Shown: piece by piece, positions 1 to 12,600 of the stretch
Layout: every line of letters starts with the position of its first letter
How positions within the stretch are numbered: the stretch's first letter is position 1
Source: Camelus ferus
Lineage: Eukaryota
Direction of reading: 5' to 3'
Assembly (NCBI RefSeq): GCF_009834535.1
Contig: NC_045720.1
Coordinates: forward strand, 25,234,001-25,298,000
DNA: 64,000 nucleotides
The notes under the pieces: model-generated
Seen by the model: the letters and a program-made list of their open reading frames with translations, nothing else
What the model was told of the DNA's origin: nothing
The model's database searches: none
Made by a program: the position numbers and the translations under genes

Positions 1-3000
1 AGGTTTTGGATTATGCATTAAACCTAAACTAAACTTGCTGCTGAAGGTCATCATCAGGGAAATTATGACTACTTTGCCTATTGAATTTAGGACACTGGAG
101 CTGTCATGTTGTCCTCCAGATCAACCTTTGGATATAGAAGTCTCTGTGCCCAGCTGAGACGGCCTCTTCTAACTGATCTGAATAGGGAAAATGTAAGAGA
201 ATGAATAAAAGGCTTCAAGACAGAATGAGATTTGATTAATATACTGAATAAGAAATTTAAATTTAATGACAGAAGGGTTAAGACACAGTGGTGCTTAAGA
301 AAATCTCAGTTTAGATTTTTAAAAAAACTGGCTTAGCAAAGAAATTTTGTTTTTATATGTGGAAAAGATGGATAGGTTGAAATATTGTGAAAGACAAGCT
401 CCTAAAAATAACCAGATGGAGAGCAGCAAATATTAAAGAGATGTTAAGATGATGCCTTGATTCTTGGCAAAATATAAGTGGGTGGAACTAGGTAGAAATT
501 ATGTTATACTAAATCAAAGAGGTGAGACTCTAATGCTAGTTTTCACAGCACTGGGTTGATATGGGCAGCTTTCTAGTCTGACAAGTGAGAAGACATGGCT
601 TTCTATTTTGGTTCTGACACAGTATATGCACAATTTTGTACAAGCTATTTTGATATACCTATATAAACTGGGGCTTGTAACATCTATTCACTATATATCA
701 CTTTATTACTTTAAGAATCAAAGGAAGAAAGGCTTTTAAAATGCTACACAACTGAAATGGTGTAATGCCACAATGTGATTAGTAAGTAGAGATAGTACAT
801 GACTATTTTCTGGCAGAAGAGTTTTGAATTCAAACCAGTTTGGAAACAGTGAAGAAGGGCTGACTTCCCAAGTAGATAATAACCAATGGATGAGAAGTAT
901 CAAAGAAAAAAGATAGATAGAGGATAGTGATTTTGGAAGCTAAATATGAAGAGAAGATGAAAGGGAGGGATGAACAATGTTAAAAGGTACCAGTTTTGCT
1001 GAAGAAGTCTGAAAAGTTGTCAATAGTATAAAGGGTATCCCTAGTAAATAAAATTAATAGAAAATTACTACAGTACAAAAGTTACTAAAGAGACTCCAAG
1101 TGAAGAAATGAGATGAGAAAATGACTGGAAGACTGGTAAAGACTTGCCATTTGGGAAATGGTGTGACATGTTTCCCATTTGCATAGTCTTCATGCATATT
1201 ATTTTTTCATGCAAAAATCTCATTCCAAATCCTGCAAGATGTCTGTGATGCGGAGCAGGCTTCTTACTTCTGTGAGCAATCCCTTCTTTACTTTACATGA
1301 ATATCAGTTTTAAGATGACAGGCTATGTTTTTTGTTTTGATACCTGGTAGTCATAGTGCATTAAAGGGTGTTTGGTGATTTATGACAATGAACACTGTTT
1401 CCAATGCTAAATGTATATTCCTTTTACTCAGGAATCGCAGGCCTTTTCTTCCACAAGCCAGTGCTCAGATTTGTTTCCTTTGGCAGCAGTACTTCTTTGA
1501 TCAACTTTCCATTGTCAGCTCTTTCGAAATTATCCTGAAAAACAAAACAAACAAACAAAACTCCTTTACTGACATCTTAGATTCTAGCCATCTTAAGTAC
1601 ATGTCTTCTTAAACAAAGAATGCATCAAAAGTAGAAAGTGCTGATGAAAAATAAAAAGTATTATGTCTGAATCAGAAATGTCTTATAGCTGCTGTTTTTC
1701 ATTTGAGGGTTTTTTTCTCTAAAAATAAAACCTTAGGGTAGGAATAGTGTCATTTATATTTCATGTAGTGCTGAAAGTTCTATTGGCACTTAGCAACTAA
1801 TACAAGTAATTTAACTATAGCATGATATTTTCCTTACCAGAACATTACCTACTAATTAGGAAAACTGAAAGGCCAGTGCTCATCTTATTTCAGGAACAAA
1901 ATGGTAATTGAGAATTTCTATCCAGTATTTTATGACTATATCATCCAAATGTTACTCTTTACATTATTGTCATTTTAACAGTTAATTCTAAATTTCTTGG
2001 GTAGTAAGTATACTATAACTTTAGTAAATTTAAAGGAAATTTTCTCATAAGTTAACTGACTTTGTTTTATGGGCATTTACATCTGATCATTACCCTAGAA
2101 AGAGAAACACAAATAATTAAAAAGTAAACTGAGAATGAACTAAGGCATCGGTTGAGGTTAATTCTCAGATCTGAAGGCCAAAAATTAATAGTTACAGAGA
2201 AAACCTCCTCTGACATCCACAGCAAGTACACTAATCACTTAACCAGTGGGTGGTATAAACTTTTTACCAAAAAAAAAAAAAAAAGGTGTTTAGTTTAATT
2301 TAGTTTTGTTGGTTTTTCTAACTACTAGCTTTTCCAGGAGCAAGTTATTGACACAGAAGAAAATGCTAAAAGACAATGAATCATCCTACTCTTTTAGAAA
2401 TATTATCTCTTATGTTACTCTGACTTCCTAGCCTAAATTTTTCATTTTCTGCTTTAAAAAAATATAAATGACCATCACATTTTCCCCAAACATTATACCC
2501 AGGATTTATCCAAATTGAGTTTTCTTAAGGATCAATCAGGGCAGAGATCTTTTCACTGTCCTGTAAAATGAAAGCAACTCAAAAGTGTGACTTTTCTTAT
2601 CTTGTAGAAGTCACAGAGCTGCCCCAAATGAGTCTTAATGTGAAATTTTCATATGTGAATCTGGGCCTGCTACCAAAGGTGTTGTAAATTAGTAAGGTCT
2701 TACACTTAGAAGCATCCCAGTGTTTTTCAAGCTTGGTTCAGTGGGCAACTTACCTTTCCTATTCTAGGCCATATTCTCTTGGAGGACAAGTATGTCGGCA
2801 AAGATCTGGAATTACCATGAGCAGTTCTCTCCACACTTCTTAATCTGTATAAAGGACCTTCAGGTATTCTAGCTTGTTCCCTAATATGTGGAGTTGGAAA
2901 ATTTGGCTCTTCAAACATGCTCTATTTTATGACTTAAGTATTAAGTTTAAAACACTCCCTAGAGTCCCCTTTTTGAAAACTTATAGGAATGATTCAGTGC

Positions 3001-3877
3001 TATATTTCTCCAAGGTAAATTAAGTGCCCAGTCTGGTATGTTACATTTGAATAACACCTTGTAAACTAAGGACTTGTTGAACCTTCTGAAAATGGAACTA
3101 AGAAAACTGAATAAGGCTTTTCTCTGAGGAATACTAGTATATATTATACACTCTATAAAATGTAAATGCTTTTTATTTCCAGTCAGTTGCTAGGATCCTA
3201 GAGTGCTCCTGCATTGTCTATCATTGTTAATGTGCAATATGCGAGGGGAGTATCCTGTGACAAGTTCTGAGAGAAGGAAGGTTCTCAAATGAAGACAGCA
3301 TTACCCTGAGCAAAGCTCCCTAAGTCCTTTTGTAAGACTGTACCACCAGCCTAATGTGTCTTCCTTTTCAGAACCAGTTATTCAGTGAGATAGGAACTTG
3401 CAGTGCATTTAGTCCTTATCCTGAAGCTTAGAGTGAAGATAAAGTAAGCTACTGGTTACAATACAGGATCAGGTATCAAAAATCCCAAGAAATTAAATTC
3501 ATTGTGACTTTAGATAGCTTACTTTCTGATCCTGTGGTTTCTGCATCAATATGATATTCCTTGACCTCACAAAACTGTTGTTAATCACTGTTAATGTTTT
3601 AAGAATCCCAGATGAATGAAGCAAAGTAAATAAAAAATAGTGTCTATATTTTGTTCATACTTTTTTTTTCTGAACTATTTTGCTTTCTGTTTCTTATTAG
3701 ACCTATTTCTTAATGAAAATTAGACTATAATTTCTCTAGAGTCCAAGTTAGCTACTCTGGATATAAGATACACCCCAGGAAATAAATTGTATTTAGGAAA
3801 CAAACATTACACTGACAGCAAGTAATCTAATAATTCTTCATTTGACATGCTATATATGTAACTCCTGTTTTTAAAAA

Positions 3878-3955
3878 TACATACATGTGAATGTATGTGT
3901 GTGTGTGTATATACCTATATATGTGTATATGTGTGTGTATATACACACATATATA
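3878..3955. repeat. Compound (TG)/(TA)/(CA) microsatellite with internal palindrome
   Basis: tgtgtgtatatacacaca (3932-3949) is a perfect 18-bp palindrome. Confidence 0.9.
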
Positions 3956-4105
3956 TTTTTTTTTCTGAGTCTCTCACTTAAAAATATTTTCATGGTGAAA
4001 AACCTAACTAAAATTTCTAACTTTAAACAAACTCAAGAACTGGTTGAATCACAGTTTTTTTGTATAGCATTTTTAAAACTAAATCTTATCTTCACTTCCT
4101 TGTAG

Positions 4106-4338
4106 TTTATTAGAACATAAAATCTTAGAAATGGAGGGAAAGCACAAAGAAGAATTAGACACCTTAAAGGAAGAGAAAGAGAATCTTCAAGGCTTGGTTA
4201 CTCGTCAAACGTATATAATCCAGGAACTGGAGAAACAGTTGAACAGAGCCACCAACAATAACAGTGTCCTTCAGAAGCAGCAGCTGGAGCTGATGGACAC
4301 AGTGCATAACCTCGTCAACCTCTGCACTAAAGAAGGTG
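4106..4338 (+). CDS. ANGPT1: Angiopoietin-1 exon 4 (C-terminal coiled coil and linker Cys)
   Basis: Acceptor ttcacttccttgtag| at 4105 and donor GGTG|gtaaga at 4339; 233 nt, phase 2 to phase 1. Translates (S)LLEHKILEMEGKHKEELDTLKEEKENLQGLVTRQTYIIQELEKQLNRATNNNSVLQKQQLELMDTVHNLVNLCTKEG. Confidence 0.98.
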
Positions 4339-4344
4339 GTAAGA
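4332..4344 (+). other. ANGPT1: Tandem 5' splice donors (GAAG|GTG|GTAAGA), plus or minus one Gly
   Basis: GT at 4336 and GT at 4339, 3 nt apart. Use of the upstream one removes the Gly codon; a Gly269-minus ANGPT1 isoform is known in human. Confidence 0.75.
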
Positions 4345-6883
4345 ATTTCTTACTCTCTTTGGTATAGTAAATAATTTTATTTCATATGGAGCAAGTAAAT
4401 ATTCAGTGTAACTTTCTAAGTTGCATTAATTGCTGTGTAGAAGCAGCAAAAGAACTTTATTCTTAGAAGTATTTCATGAAGTTTGTATTGACAATTTTCT
4501 CATGTTTTTAGCTTTAGAGAAAGTATCAAAGTCTTGAATTTGCAAATTCACAATATCTTCTTAAAAGAACTTTCTCACTTCTTTTTTTCTTGGTATTTTT
4601 AGCCTTAGATAAAATCTACTATATTGTTATGGATAAATAACTGGTATTGTGGTGTTAGACACTTAACTATACAGGATAGAAATTAGTCAATGTTACAGAT
4701 TAGTTTAGAGTGCTGAGGAGAATTTTAGGACAGCTCCCATTTTAAAACTATTTCTTTTGTAGAGGAGGAGACAGAAGAGTTGCCTGCAGAGAAAAGGAGA
4801 TATGGGTGTTCCTATTAACTATTATGAGGGAGAAAAAATATTTGTTATTGAAAGTCTGTATCAAGATTACTTACACAGTCCTGTGCAGAGAAGACCTAAC
4901 CTAAATTATGTGCATATAGGCCCATTCGTGGATGTCTTCATGACAGTGGAAATGCAAATTTTTAATATTACTAGAGTATCTTGAGCCATTTAACCATTGG
5001 GATTATGGCAGGCCTTTGACCTTTTAGAAGACATCCATCTATCCATCCATCCACCCACCAATTATTTAATAAATGCCTCTGTGTGCACTTGTCTGCTTCA
5101 AGTAGAACCTCTCCTGAGCCTCTGGAGAACTCTTCAAAGTTTGGAGCTTAAGTTCATCTTCTGTAGTTCTGCTGGCTAATTAGCCTTTTTCTGAGTGAAT
5201 GTACAATGGTAAATGGCGATGACTGAAAGAGAACACCACTTACATTGGAAAGTTATGGTTGTCATTAAGTTGTGGCTTATGTGATTGTCCATTCAATGGT
5301 TCAGTGTGCCTATGCAATATAAATAATGTAGAGGCTCCTTTAATTTAATAGTATACTTGAGCTATATGAAAAAATAGCTCAATTCCATACTTTCATATAT
5401 AGATATGAATATAGAGGATAACGCCACATTAAGTGCTCTTGTTTTAAAGACATTTCACATTTCTCTATTACACTCCATTACCTTCAGTTATATCTTCTTT
5501 AGATAGTCTAAACAAGCCCTTAATATACTTTGTAAAGGATATTTTTTAAACAGTGAGTTCCCAGAGCTCCATTTGGGTGTGCTCAGAAATGTGATTGGGA
5601 AGGAAAAAACCTGCTAATCAGTCAGAGACTGCCAAAACCTTGAGTTAGAGTCCACTGGAAGGAAAGAATGGTAGAATTTTGCCAGAGAATTTTAATAGAG
5701 CTCATGAGTATTTAGAAATTAAGTATTAATATGAGACATATCTATTCTCATATTAAACCAAATATATTTGGACAAAGACTAAAAACATATTTTTCTTATC
5801 ATCCTGAGACTTAATGTACATGGAGTGGAGTAGTTTTTCTTTTATGATGTTAGAAATATCAAACCCTGGTGATTCTCACAGAGCTCATATGTCTGCCTAC
5901 TTATCGCAGTTTCACTTCTTTTCTGAATATTTGTCCAATAAATATGTCCTTAAACTTTTAGAGGTGGGAGGGTGACTTCAAAATTAAAATTCCTGGCTAG
6001 GTTTGGACTTTGGGTGCAACATCAGACGGTGAAACATCTGTTCAATTCAAGAAACATTTATTGAACGATTATGGTGGCACTCTTGATAGATGCTACCTAT
6101 AGCAGCCTCTCAGGGTGTGAGAAAAGTAACTATGACTATTTGGTGATATAGCATAGAATATATCATATTATTTACTACTGACACAGAAATACTACTGAGA
6201 CAGAAATTGTCCAATACTTCAGGCCTCTAGTTATATTTTTTCTTTTTAATGCTAAAATCCTAAAATAAATCCTGATTTAACTATAGAATTTGCAGTCCTA
6301 ATGTAAGCCTATTGCCCTATTATCCAATGGGTTCTGTACTCTCATAACCATAGATTTTATTTGCTTCTTGTTAATCTATTTATTTTATTTAATCCCACAG
6401 TTAAGTATATTACTAAGTACTTGGTCATTTAAGAACTCATAAGAGACACATAAATGGAAAATGCCTCTCACCAAGTTTTCCATCAAGATTTTAATTCTCT
6501 GTATATCTTCAGTTTAACTGGCACCCTAGTCTTTAGGTATGGTGAATTTAAAATTTTAAATGACTAATAGCATAATACTAGATTAAATATCAGCTACTAA
6601 AATAAACTTTTATTTTATTCTGATTCTAAAACACATAAGTAAAACCTCTCTCTACCTTTATAACCAAAAATTCATCTATCAAGTAGATTTATTATTTATC
6701 AAAGATTATACATAAATTTTCTATTTTTAAATTTAAATATATGCAAAATTGCCTAAATCAATACATCACAATAAATACATCAATTTTCTAAAATGTATAT
6801 TTTAAAAATACAAAGGTAGTCTTCTGAAAGATTTTCCAAAAACATTATAAACTATGTCATAATCCAAAAAGCCAAAAATGTTT

Positions 6884-7151
6884 AACACCTTTATTGTGGT
6901 ATGACTCCTGTACAGTAAACTATATATATTTCAGATGTACAATTTAATGAATTTTGATAGATGTATATATACACCAATGAAACCACCACCACAATCAAGA
7001 TAGCTGAAATTTCCATCACTCCCCAAGAAATGGAAATTTCTAATTCCTAATTTATCCCTTCCCACCCCGTTTACCCGCTGGTAACCATAAGTTTATTCTC
7101 TATGTCTGTAAGTCTGCTTCTGTTTTGTAAAATAAGTTTATTTGTGTCCCC
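6884..7151 (-). mobile_element. L1 3'UTR fragment, apparently composite
   Basis: tttattgtgg...aaaccaccaccacaatcaagatag (L1MB-type end) is joined to ggtaaccataagtttattctctatgtctgt (younger L1 3'UTR type). Degenerate flanking direct repeat at 6867-6883 and 7152-7168. Confidence 0.75.
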
Positions 7152-7519
7152 AAAAGCCAAGCATTTTTATTGACCTTAAGAGTCCTCTAGTTCTGATTTG
7201 ACTCAATCAGTCATTTATGGAAACAACCTGAATGTAATACTAGAAGGCAAGAGAAAAAATTTCTAGTGTTTTTTTCTGTCACTAGCAACTACTTTAATCT
7301 TTATGAAGCTGTTTCATCATTTATAAAGTCAGTATAATTGTATCAATAATAGGGAGAGGATTAAATTAGATACTGCATATAAAAATAAAAACACATGACA
7401 TAGTGATTCACTAAACATTAGTCCTTTCCTTTTCCTCCAATCAACAAGTCAGCTAAATACAAATTTATTAAGTGTCATCTGTAAGTGAAATTTCTTTCTT
7501 AGAAAATGTCTGAATACAG

Positions 7520-7690
7520 TGCTGTACAGTCATCCAAACCCCTTCTCTTAGCGTCAGTTTTCTAATCTTTAAAATGGAATCATAATATATACCTGATGAG
7601 TTGGTGGTAAGAAGTAAAACAGGTTTGTACAAAACACATAGCATCAGTGCCTATTCGTAGTAAATGCTAAAAAAATTGTAGCTATTTTTA
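7520..7690 (+). mobile_element. MIR SINE
   Basis: cagttttctaatctttaaaatggaatcataat core and gtagtaaatgctaa...tagctatt tail. Confidence 0.7.
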
Positions 7691-8859
7691 TGTTTTCTGA
7701 AGTGCTTGTAACTCACGAAAGTTATATGATAAAAGCATTCCTAGGAAGTGTTAGCTAGAAATTTATTCTTTCCCCAAACATGTATTTGGCCCAGGAACTG
7801 TAAATCTATCTTTGCATATAGGGAGTATTTTTGCTTAGTTTCACAGAACTTTTCCTACTAAAACATCTAATGTCATGAGATACATCTAAGCCAAGTGCAA
7901 TTAATAAACACATTTTCCGAAATAATTCAGCAAACCTTCCTCTTCTTGTTCTGAACAGGCAATAGTGGTATCTTAGGCAAATAGTCATTACAAACTGAAT
8001 TGCATCTCTTTTGTAAGACTTCAGGTAACACACTGATTTTTGTCCAACCTTTGTTTGCAAATACTGGGTCACATTTATTCTTAGTAACATTACCGCTAAA
8101 GAAATACTGCTCTCAGTGTTACCACAGAGTCAAAGCTTAGCTGATTGCCTCATGTTTTTGGCATTCATAGTCATTGTGGGAATTAAATAAGTTACATTGA
8201 TAATGGCATGGAAACAAGATTTGGAATTCTTTGGAGGAGGATTATCAGGTACAGTGACTATCCACATTAAGCAGTCATCTCTTTCAGAGGTGATTAAAGC
8301 ATTATCACGTGCCTTGAGCACACATGAGACAAACATTGTATTGTATGATCAAGAATTTAATTACTAACAAACCATAAAAAAGAAGAAAGAAAAAAAAATG
8401 AAAAGAAAGTAGTATTTAGCCTCCATTATAAAATTACATTGGCTGACTGGCTTGCTGTCCAAATCAGCTTGGAACACACTCCTCCTACACCAAGATATGA
8501 TTCATAAATTTATCATTCATTCAAAAATTAGTTATACAGCAACTATTGTTTCAGATTCTCTTCTGGGGATAAGGATAGTCATCCATTTTTTTATTTTAAA
8601 AATATTTGATGAGTTTCTATAATATGCCAGAAATTGTTCAGACCGCTGGGAAGAGCGAAAAGATATACTGTCTGTGGCTTCAAGGAAACTAGAATTTGGT
8701 GGGGAAAGAAACTGGCAAACAATTATATTCTATAGTTTGCTAGAGGTGAGGCCAGGGTGCCAGGGACTAATGAAACACACAGGAGGAATATTAAAATCAT
8801 GGTTAAGACAGAAGAATGAGGAAAGAATCCAGCATCTGTAGAGTCTTCTTAAGGATTTT

Positions 8860-9050
8860 GTTGAATGCTTATTATAATTCAGGTATTGCTTAAGCTTTAT
8901 GTTTATTAACTTAGTCCTCACAGTAACAGTATGAGGGAACTACTACAGTTAGCTCTATTTTATAAATTCTACAGGCAACTTGAGTAATTTGCCCAAGATT
9001 AAATAGCTGGAAAGGGTTGATCGAGGATTAAAACTTAGGCATGATGGCTC
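8860..9050 (-). mobile_element. MIR SINE
   Basis: tcctcacagtaacagtatgagg and gtaatttgcccaagatta. Confidence 0.6.
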
Positions 9051-9410
9051 TAATGAGGAAATAGTGGCTCAGTCTTCAAAATGAAGGAAGCAGAGGCTAC
9101 TCCAGAGAGCATAAACAACATGTATGTTTGCTCGGAGTCACGAGAATGAGTGTGGGGATGTAAACCTAAATGCATAACCTAATTCTCAGAATCAAAGGTA
9201 GCAGAACTGTGAAAGATGAGGTTAGAAAGGTAAATGGGGGAGATCAAAGTACCTGCATTTTTCCATGAAAGCAATAAAGAGTCATTGTCAATACATAAGG
9301 ACAGTGGTGACATTTGCATTTTAGAAAAATCACTCCAGTCACAATATGGAACAATGTATTGGAAAGTTGATAAGCTTGGAAACATAGGGACTAGATGGAT
9401 GTTTTTTGCT

Positions 9411-9652
9411 ATTATTAAAATATTAACAAACATTTAGTACAAGCCAATCTTCTGAGCCCTTTGCATATATTAACTCATTTAATTCTGATAACAATTCTAT
9501 AAGTTAAGTGCTATTATTAACCTTATATGACAAATAAGGAAATTAAGCACAAAAAGTAAATAATTTCAAAATACTACACTGCTAGCAAGTGAGCAAGCTG
9601 AGATTTGAACCCATGGAGCCTGGTTTTTGAGTCTACATTATCCACTATACTA
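9411..9652 (-). mobile_element. MIR SINE, near full length, nested in L2
   Basis: taactcatttaattctgataacaattctat and gagatttgaacccatggagcctgg. Confidence 0.75.
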
Positions 9653-12600
9653 TGATGGGGAGAAAAGATAGAATTGATGGTGGTTTTCATCCATTTCTCA
9701 AAAGGATCTTCTAGGAGGGAAATGCTGAGGTCAGGACCAAACCAGGACACATGAAAGGCAGGTGGAGGGGAAATTTGTGAACAAAGAAGAATTAGAATCA
9801 ACAAGAAATTATCACTTATTAGATGCAGAATCAATTATATTTATAACTCCCAGTTTTCTGGGTTGAGTAACAGAGGGTTTTGATGATATTCCTCAAAATT
9901 AGCAACATGTGAAGAGAAACAGGCTTAAGGGGAAAAACTTGGCTTTGGGGAGACTGACTAAGGTATTTGTGGGACAATTAGAATCTGGAAGGCAGGGGAC
10001 TAGGAGTCTGGAATTCAGGAGCGAAATCTGGATGACCATATTAGATTGGTGTGTTCTTAGAGGAGACAAGTGGTAAATCCATGCAGCAAATGAAATCATT
10101 AAAGATGCGTATAGAGCAATGACTCAATCATTTGCAGGGGTGGGGGAGGGAAGGTTATAGATAAATTGAAGAATCTGATAAAACCTAGCCTACCTTTCTT
10201 TCTCACTTAATACGAATACCCAGGTGCAAGTCTATGTACAATTTTAGAGGATTTAGAGACATAAATTACAGAAATACATAAAATATAGAAATTACATACT
10301 ATATTATGAACCCATTTAAAAATAATAAGAATGTAAAATCAAAAACAGAAAATTGAGAGTTCTTTAAGGGGCAGATAAAAAAGAGACCAAAATAAGGGTT
10401 ACGGCAGGGTGAAAAGATTGTTATGAAGGGTCTTATTTTAGAGGCAAATAAGCAGGAAGGTCAAATGTAAAACCAGACTGAGGTAAACTTTGAAACTGGG
10501 ATGTGAGCTTCTGTAGGGAGAGTTTGAGTGAAGTGTAGGGCTCAACTGCATAGATGGAAGACTAAAAGGAGTAAGAGGAAGTAAGAGCATAACATGTTGT
10601 CTACCCACATCCAAGAAACTTGATGTGAAAGAGTAGATAACATTTTGGGGTAGGGAGGCACACAGGGTAGAGAGGAATAAGAGAAACTTAAAAATAAATA
10701 CCAAAAGACATGAGTATGTTTACATATTTAGTTCCTTAATATGAAGTATACAAATTTCAAATCGGGAGGAGCTTCTATGAAGTTCATTTTAAAGCTTCTG
10801 TCACATCATCTGAAATACATAATGACTGCTACTACGACTTTTTAAAGTGATCTAAATTATTTGGTTTGAAGTGTCTTTCCCAGAGGCTGATTGCAGTGGT
10901 ACGGAACGTTTGATCATTATTTTCAGTCTTCTGGCCTTCTGAAAAGGGGAAATGAGGCATTTGCTTCCTTTCCAGTGCTGAGGGGACATTTGGCTCTGTT
11001 CTCAGAATAATTCTACCATCTGAAAGGAATTTACCTCCCATGCAGTGTCTATTGAGTTTGTGAAGTAAATCATTCAGTCAAGGGATGAGATGGTTTGAAC
11101 TCCTGCAAGTCCCTTGAGTTAAGAATGACTCTTAAAAACATCACAAGTGATGGGAGGAAATTAAAACTTTTTGAATGTCACTTACATAAACATTGATAAA
11201 AATAGAAAATACCATTTTTATTGACTTAGTAAAATATTTGGTTTTTCGTTGACTACTTGTAATACACAGTTTAACATTAGATAGAAAGAGAAAGAAAAAT
11301 ACAGGAAGTCATCTGCTGAAACTACAGTGAGCACTTGTTTCCATTTAATGAGGGAAATGTTTTATCTTGACAGAAAATTATATGTCAAACATTTACAATT
11401 TCCTTAAAATGAACCACACTTTTAGCACTTCCTTTCGTAAAACCTGATGGCTTAAGGGGAAAGTGACTATTTATTTTTGGAAATGGTGCATTTCTCCTTT
11501 TTGATGGAGCATTTTATCTGCCTTTTGAAAAGTCACAATTTCTGTAAAACAAAAAATTGTGTGAATAGCAGATAGCCAAACTAATGATAACAAAATAAAA
11601 AATAATACAGTTCTTGACCTCTCCCATGAACTGTTTCTAAACCACATCTTTTGGGGGAGATCTGAAATTTTGTGGTTAATTCTCTTGGAATTAGAGTTTC
11701 AGTTTCAGAAACTAGAGTATCTGAAATGCAAAGGAATATCCCTTGGTTCCAGCTGGGCCTGGAAGATACCAGCACTAAAGGCCCTGAAAAAAGAGTGTTG
11801 CCTTGATGTTCCAACATTACTGTGAACAAACTCCATTCCTTCTTCTCTCATGCTTTTATGGCCTGGTTGGCTAAAGCAAAAAAGCGCAAAATATTTTGAA
11901 TAGAATTTTAACCAAGTCATTTCCTGGACTCATCCACACTCAAGTCAAATTCAACAATTTATTTTCTAAGTCCAGGAACAAAATGGGACAGTGGATACTA
12001 ATTATAGATAAGCTATGGTATTTTGTACTGGTACCTATAATTATTAAGAGAGAAGTAAGGAAAAAACATTCTGTTAACATCATTCAGTATGTATGCTTCA
12101 CAGCAACCATAGACTGAAACCCTTATGAAATATCTTATACTTTAAGAGGGGAGGAAAAAAACCCTGAAAAATGTCTCAACTGTACAGTTAGGCTTAAATA
12201 CATATAAATAAAATGTTAATTTTTAGCATAAGAGTTTTCTTAAAGTCAAAGGAAAAGAAGCCTTAAAATTATTGATTAAAAGCATATTTAGCTTCCAGGG
12301 GAACTCATCATTTATTTTCAACTAATGAATACTAACATCATGACTGCTTCTAAGTACATTGGAATCTCATCCTACCACTGGCTTGGGTATTCACATTCTG
12401 AATGGCACCATCTCTGGTGAAGAATCACACTAATATGTGAACTATCAAGAAGAGGTAAATAAATCATAAAATTTTTGAACTTATGATGAAGTTAAATCAT
12501 TAAATACCAATTAAGTCAAACCTCTTTTAATTTTATCATGTCTTTGTATGTACTCAATTATTTTTAGGTGTGAACATTTTATTTTTAAAAATAGAGTTCC

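Larger units (their letters stand above)
8510..10115 (-). mobile_element. Fragmented L2 LINE interrupted by MIRs
   Basis: L2 3' end tcattcattcaaa at about 8512. Body motifs atttgcattttagaaaaatcactcca and ctggaattcaggagcgaaatctgg. Confidence 0.6.

Noticed and set aside
4339-4367. ORF read-through past the exon 4 donor (GKNFLLSLV-stop)
   Set aside because: Ordinary intron read-through; I noticed no nearby poly(A) signal supporting a truncated isoform.
8619-8632. ATAATATGCCAGAA matching the end of human exon 5 (NNMPE codons, from memory)
   Set aside because: The match does not extend either way, has no splice sites, and lies within an L2 3' end.
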